Below are positions 26,336 to 37,399 of a stretch of 64,000 nucleotides of DNA, piece after piece. This DNA is from Pavona decussata (taxonomy: Eukaryota), in contig CDRNST010000067.1 of assembly GCA_977016875.1 (NCBI GenBank), positions 3,038,001 through 3,102,000 of the forward strand, given 5' to 3'. The position numbers and the translations under genes were made by a program. The notes beneath the pieces are model-generated. The model had not been told where the DNA came from and did no database searches. It saw only the letters and a program-made list of their open reading frames with translations. Within the stretch, counting starts at the first letter, position 1. The number at the start of each line of letters is the position of its first letter.

Positions 26336-26915
26336 GTGAGAAAAAAAAACACTAGACATGACTTTTCTCTTTGTTTTTCGTTTCATAGGATCTATTGTAT
26401 AAAAAATAGAAAGAACTAGCTAAGGATGTGGCGATCTTCATCAGTTACTATTCATATTGTTTTGTAAAATCTATTGCCCCACCCCCACCCCCCCAGCCAA
26501 CGCTCCTAACAACCCAGCCCGCGCACGCAATCGAATTCGCTAATAAATAAATTATCTGGATTTTAGCAAGAGAAAAAGAACGTAACTAAAGGTATCACTA
26601 TCTTAATTGTTGTTGTTGTTGTCGCTTGGGTATGCACATGTTCAGTTATCAAGCATTTTAACCCTCCTCCATCCCCTCTCCTTTCCCCCCTTAAAATGTC
26701 CATGACATTGCGTTGCGTGAGAAAGAAACGGCTGCGTACTTTAAGCACCGACATCATAATTTTTCGTCATGCTAGCAGTGGTCAGATGTAATATTTTTGT
26801 GCACTGTAAACCAAGTAATACTTCACAAATGACTAAGCCGTCAAAGAAGATGCGGTATTGATGAAATGCCCCGAAAGTTGATCAAAGATTTGGAAATAAT
26901 CGACCACTGAATACG

Positions 26916-28278
26916 TTGACAGTTAGCAACAGAGCTCAAACTTATGCGGCGAGCGACCAGAAAATCATGCTAAAATGGCCTTTGGCCTTAATAAGGTAAG
27001 AACATTTAGAAGTGTTTTCTATGTGTTTATTTAACTGAGTATGGGTCAAGACACGTGCACGGACTAAAATTTATGTCTGACTGGCAACTTCAAAGTTTAC
27101 CGCGCGGGGTCAAATATTTGAATTTTCTACGGACTTCATAGGGCTCTTGCGTCGCTGTTAATCATTTGCCCAAAGAAATTTTTACAGGAATCTGTAGACC
27201 ATCCTTCTAACATTCAACCACCAGAAGCTTAATCGATTTGAAGGTTTCGCACATGGTGAAAATTCGTTTTATTCACGAAGTGTTTTTACTGCAGTGAATT
27301 GTATGCCTTCGAAATTAAATTATTTCGTATACACAGAACAACGCAATATTTCCTAAAATAATTCCAACACATATTTAGAGATTGTAAAAAAAGATTTGAG
27401 TGTTTTAAAGGCGGTAGAATGATTTGTTTTTGCACGCGAGGCTCTCAAATCCGTGTAATAATTTAGCGCTTCAAATGACGTCTTTTAACAGATTTTCGTT
27501 ATTTGCATTTTTCTTTGAAATAAAAGGATATTTCACCGAAAAAACTACACAGTAATTTTAGTTATATCCAAGCCTATCTAACATTAAAATATGAAATAAA
27601 TTGAATTTTCTACGCTTGCCGCGATAGGTTTGATTTTTACGGACAGGCACTCTTAATGAGAATGAAATACTTAAAATATCATTTAAGTACACACCATAAA
27701 CAGATTCAGCTTTGCATGCCAATCTGCAAATTGACAGTTAGCAACAGAGCTCAAACTTATGCGGCGAGCGACCAGAGAATCATGCTAAAATGGCCTTTGG
27801 ACCCGTTTTTTACAGCATATTATAGGTCATTATAAGGTTAGAAGTGTTTTCTATGTGTTTATTTAACTGAGTATGGGTCAAGACACGTGCACGGACTAAA
27901 ATTTATGTCTGACTCGCAACTTCAAAGTTTACAGCGCGGGGTCAAATATTTGAATTTTCTACGGACTTTGTAAAGCTCTCACGTCGCTCTTAATCATTTG
28001 CCCAAAAATTTTTTTACAAGAATCTGTAGACCATCCTTCTAACATTCAACCACCAGAAGCTTAATTGATTTGAAGGTTTCGCACATGGTGAAAATTTGTT
28101 TTATTCACGAAGTTTTATTCACGGATTTTCGTTATTTGCAATTTTCTTTGAAATAAAAGGATATTTCACCGAAAAAACTACACAGTGATTTTAGTTATAT
28201 CCAAGCCTATCTAACATTAAAATATGAAAGAAATCGGAATTTTTACCCTTGCCGCGAAATTTAGAAATTGTCTGATTT
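26916..28278. repeat. Tandem duplication of a non-coding TE end (26916-27657 and 27731-28278)
   Basis: Both copies start TTGACAGTTAGCAACAGAGCTC and end AGGC(A/G)CTCTTAA; the second has an internal deletion of about 190 bp. Confidence 0.9.
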
Positions 28279-28475
28279 TTACAGAAAGGCGCTCTTAACT
28301 GGTGGGGTTTGTATATGAAAACCAGATTTTAGACTGTCATCATGATTGCGGCACAATGGTCTTGCTGGTAGTAGCATCCCATCCAGGGAGTAGTATTGGT
28401 AGTCGTAGTTGCTACACACTATAGATCCTCAGCCAAGTGCAACTACTGCATGCATGTATATATCACGTACACAGT

Positions 28476-29148
28476 GGCTGCAATCACATCCGGGCTACTA
28501 ACTATAGTTAGCTATTTTGGTAATGTGACCGCTTCTCTGTTTGCTCTAAATTTATGCCTCGGTGATCCAAGACAATACAGACTAACTATAGTTATACCCA
28601 AGCAGGGTTTATGGGTTAGTCTTAAGTTTACAAACAAACAACCAATCAGAAAGTGATAATTCTTTTCGCACGTGCGAGATGAGCATTTATAAATATGCAA
28701 AATAAAAACCAAGCGTGAAGCGAGAGGAAAGCCAAACAACAACAAACACAAAATTTACATACAACAAGGTAATAACACGTGTAGTCTTCAAGCTTTTGTG
28801 CAGCCGTCCTTGTATTTGCTTCTTCGGCTTAGAGCATCCATTAAAATACTTAGCTCATTTCGCATTTTTCTCCAAGGGTTTGCCGCTCAGAAAAATAAAT
28901 AAGAAGAAAAACTAGACACACTTTACGTCGGTCGACCATGTTGACATTTCATGAATCAACAATAAGGGCCTTCACAAACCTCGTTTAATTCTGACTTCAT
29001 CCATAGGCTAATTAGAACTAACTGTAGTTAACTGCGTGGTGTTACTGCAAAGCCGACTGAAAGCACTAACTACAGTTAGGTATGACGTCGCGTAACTTGA
29101 CACTTACTTTAGTTAAACTTTACTTATGTCATAAATGTGACCGCAGCC
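28476..29148. mobile_element. Harbinger-like non-autonomous element with AGT target-site duplication
   Basis: GGCTGCAATCACAT ... ATGTGACCGCAGCC flanked by AGT on both sides; internal ACTAACTA(C/T)AGTTA repeats. Confidence 0.7.
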
Positions 29149-29280
29149 AGTGTACATTAGTTATTATTCAAATTGGAAAACAGAAAATTAGAGTGTATGT
29201 AGCTACAATAAATAATGTATTTCCATGCATTTTCAATTAATTTTGTTGTTTCCTTTACATTGAATTTCACACATTTTTAG

Positions 29281-29462
29281 ATCATACCTCTGTCAGCGAG
29301 GTTGGGACCTCATGGGCCACGATGAAAAGGACAAGCAAAACTAATACTGCAAAGGGGGTCAAGAGCAATATATTATAATGAGTATAAAGAGTTTCACCAA
29401 AGTGAAGTTGAGGGACATATCTGTGCCTTATTCATGGAGATGTCAGGAATGCAGTTTTGATG
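29281..29462 (+). pseudogene. Isolated exon resembling the DUF6589 core
   Basis: AG...GT-bounded; SEVGTSWATMKRTSKTN...(fs)YNEYKEFHQSEVEGHICALFMEMSGM. Confidence 0.45.
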
Positions 29463-29999
29463 GTAATTATTGCAGACGTACTCATGAAGTATTCAAAGAC
29501 CATGTAGAGGCTGGAAAATGGGGCACAGACAGAACACCGTAACAGACATAAATATTACAATAACATCTATTATTGCAGTCTTGTTTTGCTTAAATAGCTT
29601 AAATAAACTGAGTCTATGGGTAAGACAAAAAAGCACAATCTAAGGGCTTGACAGGAGGTGGGTGAAGTTAAATTCAGTAATTTACAGCATCTGAGCAGTG
29701 TGTAAGGCCTACATGGGTTCGAATATTGGTTTTAAAATGCAAGAATTTGTAAATACTATTGTTATGGAGTAAAACTGAGGCCACGTGTGCCAATATTGCC
29801 TTTTTGCATGATCGTAATGATAAGAAAAAGTCAAACTTCTCATAAGCCTATAGACATCCTTGGGACAACGTTCAAGTTTCTACTGCAGCTAGAGTCCTAT
29901 AATAGCAGGTGCTGAAATGCAGAGGTTACGTTTTTGTGTTGACATGTGTTCATTGGAGGAAGATTATTGTCTGTATCTACAATTGTGGACGAAAGGGTT

Positions 30000-30680
30000 A
30001 AGAAACTGTCAATCAATCTCCAAATTTGAGCGCTACAATGAAAAGTCAACAACACAGCCATGTTGTTGAAAATGTGTTGATTGTTCATTTGGTTTAATCC
30101 GACCGTATCTAGACCATCTCTGGTTACCGTGGTATTTAACACTGGCGACAAGGATGGGATATCCTAAATAATGAAGAATGATGGTAATAAACATCGAAAT
30201 TCAAGGAGAAGCTCCATTCGATTGCAACGGTAATTTGTCGGCGTTACCACCACATTCGAAGAAGTGGCATCAATCGTTTCAATATTTTTTGGTGGCCAAA
30301 GGAGTGGTGAACGATGCACAAAAGAAGGCCTTGCTACCTCACTCCACAAGAATGGAGGTTCTAGTGTCGTATGACATGTTGACAGACCCAGAAAGAGAAA
30401 TGGATACGGAATTTGAGAAAACACTGCACACTCTGAATGCTTATTTTGCAACCAAACTTAACAAGCCGTCCGAGAGACGTGTTCAGGAATGTGGTTTAGC
30501 AGGATGGCAGGACAGTCAATCAATTTATTGCCAAACTCTAGAAACAGCCACAGAATTGCTATTTTACTGATCCAGATACCGACATCAGAAATCAAGTCAT
30601 CGATAAATGCCGATCGTCAGCCTTGAGGAGAGACTACTGGGCAAAGTAGATCTCGCATTAGAGAAGGTGCAAGAGGTAGC
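30000..30680 (+). mobile_element. Gypsy (Mag-like) 5' fragment: LTR end, tRNA-Ser-like PBS at 30143-30160, gag
   Basis: ...AACA-C-TGGCGACAAGGATGGGAT; gag KKWHQSFQYFLVAKGV.NDAQKKALL, IRNQVIDKC. Confidence 0.75.
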
Positions 30681-30879
30681 TTGATAATAAATATTATTAT
30701 ACATTGATGTCATTATCTCAATTTTGATTGGCTACAAGCACACAGCGAATTCTTGCTGGCTCTGTTTCCATTACGTAATACTTGCAGACAATAGTCTTTA
30801 TACATGTAGAAGTGAGGTCATACCAACAGAAATAGATCTCATCCCTAAACCGCTTCCTGAGATAGTTAAAGTTCAGGGA

Positions 30880-31385
30880 CGCTGCTGCCTCTTTGTCGTT
30901 GTAATTAACAAAATTCCATAAAGATGAGCCTCGTACCTTGGTACGAGGAGACAGTTCTGCCCTCGAGTAAAATAAGTGTTAGCGCCGTTTTGACAAATAG
31001 TCTTGGACAGTGTATTAGGTAAAGACTCGCTATGAGCCTTACAAAAAAAGGTTGACCACTGAACACGCCTAAGGACTTCATCAGAAGCCATATCCTTTGG
31101 TCTATTGAATTAAAAAGGTCGGAATTACGACACAAGCCCCACAAAACTAAACTGTACCTAACAGCTGGAAGAATCACTTTAAAATAAAAGTCTTTTAAAA
31201 TGCCTCTTGGTAAAAAACAAGATCGTTTAAGCAAATCAAGTTTATTAAAGAAGGTTCTCTTTGTCTCAAGCACGTTGGCTACCCAGGTGAGTTTCTGTTC
31301 CACTGTCAGTCCTAATAATTTCGTCTTGGTAACCAAATTTAACACTGAAGTTCCTAAGTACACAGGGGTGAAGGGTCGCATCGGT
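30880..31385 (-). mobile_element. LINE (CR1/L2 group) RT C-terminal fragment
   Basis: TKLLGLTVEQKLTW, FYFKVILPAVRYSLVLWG. Confidence 0.75.
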
Positions 31386-32400
31386 GTCTGATTTTTCATT
31401 CAACACAGACTGCACCGGAGCACGCTACGTGTGCAAAACAATGGATGAATTAACTAAGAACTGCCTGGAAGATGACGAAGGTTTCGATAGAGGTAGGATG
31501 TATGAAAAACCTGGTCCAAATTGTCCTGTGGCTTCCTTCGAGCTGTTTCTAAGTCACCTAAATCTTTTAAACAAGTTTTTATTTCAGCGCCTAAAAAGAA
31601 ACGTCTCCATTTCTGAGAATGTTTGGTACGACAACATGGTGATTGGAGAGCCTACACTTGGTCAGAAATTGAAAAACATATCACGAGAAGCCAACCTTCC
31701 AAGTGTTACACAAACCATTTAATCAGGGCGACAGCTGTCACAATCCTTGACAAGTCAGGTTTTGAAGCAAGGCATATAATGGCTATAAGAGGATATAAAA
31801 ATGAGGCCAGCATCCAGAGCTACAGTAAAACAGATACCGTAAAATTCCGAAAAAAAGCCCCTCCGTGTATAAGCCCCTCCATATGGAAGCCCACCAAATC
31901 TGAAACCCAAAAAAACCTCCTATAATAAGCCCCTCCGGATATAAGCCCGAGGGACTTGTATTTGGAAATTATCCTCAATGATGAGCAAGATCTTGAAGCC
32001 ACTGAGGCAGAGAAAACTGATGAAGAACGATATGAGCTTTAATAGTTATCATGAACTTTGAGCCTGAACTACATTACCGTTTTTACTGTATTTCCGTTCT
32101 TATAAAGTTTATTGCCGTTGTGTTTGAACTTGGCATTTTTAGTGCGATTAATTTGTTACGAATTTCTAGCCAGTTGCACATTCAAAAATTTGGACACAAA
32201 TTTTCCTCCAATTATAAGCCCAGCCTATTTCCCTCCTATAATAAGCCCCTCTAAATATAAGCTCCTTCCAAAAATAAGCCCCTTAAAAAGGTCCTTTGAA
32301 AAATATAAGCCCCAGGGCTTATTTTCGGAATTTTACCGTATTTGCACAAAGAAGAAAATGTGAGAAACCCTTAGTGCAGGGTGCGAGGTTAGAGAAGAGT
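31385..32400 (+). pseudogene. Crypton-type tyrosine recombinase (DUF3504/KCTD1-like) C-terminal fragment, split by a MITE
   Basis: TKN, CPVASF, WYDNMVIG, YTNHLIRATAVT, HIMAIRGYKNEASIQSY; the frame continues (TDICTKKKM) once the MITE is removed. Confidence 0.8.
31837..32338. mobile_element. Tc1/mariner(pogo)-like MITE with TA target-site duplication
   Basis: TA-CCGTAAAATTCCGAAAA.AAGCCC ... GGGCTTATTTTCGGAATTTTACCG-TA; many internal ATAAGCCC motifs. Confidence 0.88.
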
Positions 32401-32700
32401 TATCAGTTATGTATTAAAATCAGTCATCTCCCATTCTTAGCCTTTCTCAAGAGAGTTACGGGAGCTAAGAACACTTGCACAGTTTAAGGTCAGAACATTT
32501 ACTTACTTGATGAACATGGACAGGGCCAATCATATTTGTAAAAGCGATGCTTAGTTCATTTTTGTTATATTTCTCTAACTATTTTTTACCGCTGTTTTTC
32601 AAGTAACTATTTTTATATATTTCTTATGTGCTGGTCACCAATTAATACCAGTCTATCACTTTATTGTTTGACTGACCGGTCTTTTATCAGGATAAATAAA

Positions 32701-32732
<32 letters not shown>

Positions 32733-34040
32733 ACAACTCTCGCTAGGAGATTATGAAGAATTTTTATTTCTTTAACTGTAATGTTAACATACAGTAAACT
32801 TGAACAAACTTGTGCATACAGTTAACTTCAAATACAAGTTGATGTGCTGTACAGTGACCATTTTCTTGTGCGTGCTCCTGTCTTTACAATTGCTCAAGTA
32901 TATGCATAATAAAACAATTGGATTCGGTTTTTGCATGAAAGTGAGAATTATCAAAGCCTCGGTTTGTGTTATTTGCCTCAGTCTTCAGCCTCGGCAGATA
33001 ACACAAACCTCGGCCTTGATAATTCTCACTATCATGCTCAACCTCATCCAATAATTGCTAAATAAAATAATTTCCATAGCACTTAAATGTACATAAAATA
33101 TTCTTAAGTCCTTTACAATTCTGAGAATAAGTTAAAAGTAAATATACAACAAATATAAGAAGCAAGCAATGGAAGCAGTCCACCTGCAAACTAAAAAAAA
33201 TGGGAGTGCACGGCCTTGAGGTGAAGACAGAGGAACCGTTGGGCATAAACAAGATTAACCGGAAGTTCTCTTTGCCAAACAGCCTCAAAAGAAGTTGTCA
33301 CAAATAGCAATGAATAAATAGATTCAACCTGGATTAAAACCTGTTCCCGCTAGAGAGGATATTTTTGTGCTCTATTGTTCTCATTGTCTTCAACAATGTT
33401 ATCTTCTGCATGTATATCAGGAGAGAGGGTACTGAGTCTCTCTACCAAATTAACGTCACATAGCCATGATCTGAGGTCAAGGCTTCTTTCAAAAGGGTGG
33501 CCAATATGTATACATGTTTTAGACTCAAACAGGACATTTTCGGAAAGAAAATTACCCCTTTTGAAGGGATAAATCGAAAGAACAACTTCTAAGAACTACT
33601 CAACAGTATAAATGGTGGAAATTGGACAGTTCACATCAAAGAAATTGCGTTTTCATTGACAGATTGTTTCTCCACAAGGAAAAAAAATAGCTCTATAAAG
33701 CACGAGTCCAAAAGCAATTTCTGGTATGATCATCAATAATGTAATGCAACAGATAAATAGGAAATATAAATAACCCTGAGTAGCGCGTGAATCAGATATG
33801 TATCTACCACTGTCATGACGTTTTCAGAAAAAAAATTTCCGGTATGATCTCAAGTACCATTTTGTATCCTAATATCCATAAAAAAAAACCTGCTTCACTT
33901 TAAACGATTCAAAATTTCAACTTATTGTTTCATTCAGTAGCACCAAGTTGGTTTTGATATAAATAGGATCCTTTCCCTTCTTAGGTTTGCTATGACATTT
34001 GTCAGTTTTTATTATTTTGTTCAAATTTAACTTTTCACAG

Positions 34041-34336
34041 ACTTGCCCCTTACGTCTGCTGAAATGCATATGTTTGCAGAGTTAAATCAGCTAACTACAG
34101 ATGAGTGCCTGGATGTCCTGAGGTCTATTCCACTACCGCAACACTGCAGCATATTTGAGAGTAATCAGGTTGATGGCCCAATGATGGAGGCTTTGATTCA
34201 TCCCCAATTAGGGCAGCAAATTATGTTATCTCTCAGAGTGTATGATACATCAGATTGTCGTCGGCTTGTAACAGAATTGTACAGGCTGAAAGCATATGTG
34301 TACAAGAAACCGAAATCTACCTGCCCATCATCTTAA
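34041..34336 (+). CDS. Orphan terminal exon with SAM-like domain
   Basis: Acceptor TTTTCACAG; LTTDECLDVLRSIPLPQHCSIFESNQVDGPMMEAL...DCRRLVTELYRL resembles SAM. Confidence 0.5.
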
Positions 34337-35109
34337 AGATCTATCAAATATACGTCAGGAGGGTACACGTTTCCATTTGTTGAGTTATTTATTAATCGTG
34401 CACAATATAGTGATTTTTAGGTGACATTGAATTTAGTCCAGTTACACCCTTATCATCAGATTTAATTATGTTTGTGAGTTGATAAGGCTCCATGCCACTC
34501 ACTTTGAGACAGCATTCTGGGAGAATTTTTGATTATTACTGCACTTAGCCGGGATGGGGAGTGTGTAGTTTGTTGCAGGCCAAAGGTTTACTTGGGTTCC
34601 CCCTGTTGGGCACATGCAAGTACTAGTGCCTAGGCTTGACCGTGAGTTTGTCATGACATTCCAGGGACACGGCTCGGTTCACAACAAAAATGGCGCCCAA
34701 TATGAATCAACTTTGTTTTCAACGATGGCCTGTGTCCCAATAAATGAACTTCTCCAAAAAATAGTTGCTCCGGAATGACCGCACATCATCCTTCTTGGCA
34801 TATGGTGAGGGAGATAAGCGTAGGTTTCAAGCAAATTTTAGCGAGGTTTTTGAAGTGCTCTCCTCAAATGATGGGCCAAATTACATTCAAATTCGACTTC
34901 AATTTTCCAAACGTTTAATTAACATAATACAGTGATGCAGGTGGACCAGCCGCTGAGAGATAAACTGCTCAAAACAGCGTTTGGAAGCACTAGGATACCT
35001 TGAAAACACAGTTCAACAATTTTTGTGGGAATGTTGTCTAATTTTCGATTTAATTTTAACACCATGCAAACTCTTATATCACACTTTGGTGACCTGTGAT
35101 CCAACCAAA

Positions 35110-35540
35110 ACTATTGCTGCACCCTACAGTCAAGGTAACGTTGAGGTATTTGATACGGCAAATGCAGGCACACAATGTGTGGCAATATCTTTGTCAGCAC
35201 TTGGTTTTAACTTCAGAAATCCAATAACCTCTTCAGCTGACTTGGTTCAAATTATGAACATTGGAAATAATATGTATTCAGCATTGTCATAATCATGCAA
35301 ACAGGGGCTTCTGTTGTTGACAGATTTGCCTGTTATGGTTAACTTATGTGACATTAACTACCAGTTGACATACAGTGAAAGTTATAGTAGTTTGTTAAAT
35401 AGTACACTTTCTATAATCGCAGACTTTCCTTATGTTACATTATGTCAGCTGCCTTTAATATTTGGTCATGGATAATTATCATGCATTTATTTTAACAGTT
35501 GACATTTATACGGTAGCAATATACTGTCTGCCTAATGGGT
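35110..35540 (+). pseudogene. Herpesvirus-tegument-like deubiquitinase (peptidase C76/VTD-like) fragment, probably Helitron-derived
   Basis: YSQGN..F..ANAGTQCVAISL, LVQIMNIGNNMY, LLLTDLP, ILTVDIYTVAI; truncated at a LINE junction. Confidence 0.7.
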
Positions 35541-36435
35541 TGTCAGGCCCTCCTGCTCTAGATACACTTATCTTGCTTAGGCATACTGGTACAGAATCGA
35601 CTGTCAATTGAATAGGCTTGTCATCTTCGCATAAGACCATGACGTCATCGGATAGTGGATTGTATTCATGCATAACACAGACAAAACCATCGTTGATTTT
35701 ATCAGCGAGGTCTCAGTCAGTGCAGTCCATGTGTATTCTTAAGATGGACCTTATGTCTGTCCGTGCACCATCACCATTTTAACAGACCTGTTTAATTTTA
35801 CGCCACCAATCGCGGGGGCGCGTGTCCTTTAAGTCACGCACTTTGCTGTCATAATAAATCGCCCTACACCTTTACCTTTCGCGATTTACTTTGTTCCTAA
35901 GCAATTTGAATAGGAACGTGTCACCAGATGTGAAGGCTTGCTGTCTTTTCTGAACAAGTCGTTTTAGATCAGCATTTATCCAGGGTCTGTCTGTTTGGTG
36001 AACTTTTACTGATCGCACAGGAATAATTGTGTCAATACCATAATTGATGATCTGCGTGACAGCAGCCAGCTTATCATCGCATGACTCATTTTGACTCAGT
36101 ACAGTGTCCCATGGGAACTCCAGCAGATAACGACCAAGACTAACCACATTATTAGATCTTCTGTCGCACATTTTGATGATCTTACTCTGGGCTTTGGATT
36201 TCTTGCAAGCGTTGGGCAGGACCGTAATAGTTAAGTGGCCAGAGAGACCAAAGGCCGGACCACTTATTGGAGGCTTGTAGTATTCCTTCAAGTTCGTGTA
36301 CATCTGATCCAGAGTATTTCTACCCCGTGTCGGGATCTTGATGATTGGCTCGAGCTGGTAACATTTGGCTGATGCTTTGAAGTCGATTTTATAAAAATCG
36401 CCAGCTATCAAAAGACACTTGAAACCTGACACTTC
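35541..36435 (-). mobile_element. LINE fragment (endonuclease C-terminus and linker)
   Basis: IAGDF, PTRGRNTLDQMYTN, GLSGH, RPWINADLK, LRNKVNRER. Confidence 0.85.
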
Positions 36436-36540
36436 CAGCTCAATGTCCCCACTCTACTCAGCCAAAGATAAAATTCCCCCGCCCAAGTAAGGCCTTACCC
36501 ATGAAATCCCCTACTCCACAGGCACACACAAGTGTCAAAT

Positions 36541-36800
36541 AAGGTAAAGTCGCACAAGAGCCTAAGTGGCCCACAAGGACGGAGCTTAACCTGGTTTCTG
36601 TAGCATGAAGCAACTAGGAGTATTGCTACTCCCCCCTTGATACACCTGGGTGAAGAGAGACAATGTGGAGCAAAGTTTCTTGTCTAAGGAAACAACACAG
36701 CAATGAAAGAGACCAATCTGGCCTCGAACCAACGACCCGCAGATCCTCCGAACATTCGATCGAAAGTCCGATGCGCTAACCACTACACCACCGCACCTCC
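36541..36800 (-). mobile_element. tRNA-derived SINE
   Basis: A box GGTGTAGTGGTTAG and B box GGTTCGAGGCC, then body TCCTTAGACAAGAAACTT...CACCCAGGTGTA and tail CTTTACCTT. Confidence 0.8.
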
Positions 36801-37399
36801 TGCAACTGTCAAATGCTTGTGTCGTAAATTGTCCATGGGCGAATATTCAAGTCTTGAGTTGATGGACACATAAGCACTTGCATATATTTACGTTAAAGAA
36901 CTTTAAGATTTTGGGGCTTTGAAAAATGTTCAATTTTTGTAGGAATGGGAGCATTGATTCCAGTTGGCAATAATGACAAAATTCACTTTGATATTTTTAT
37001 TCAAATAATTATGTATTTTGACACCAATAATACAAGATTTGTACTCCTGTTTTAAAAATAAGAGGTGAAGACGAAAATTTGTATTCCATATATTTTAGCA
37101 TTTTTACAAGCTTTCAATATTTGTTTTATACAATGTGATTACACTTACATACTACAGAACACTGAATATTATTATCTTAAATGAAAGACAACCAAATTTA
37201 TTGATTTTTATATTGAGTTTATGGTTGTGCTTTACATTTCTTTCTTTTCATATGTCATCACATTTTCTATAGATACATGTCACCATTCTCAATGCTTTTC
37301 TGAAAACGTGGTGTTTCTACTCTTATACTCTGCCTTACGACTGACTGGAAAATTAATCATTTACATACTGTTACATTACTGAAATAGTGATAAAGACAA

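Noticed and set aside
36720-36800. tRNA gene on the minus strand
   Set aside because: SINE head with an expanded A-B box spacing; not a canonical cloverleaf.
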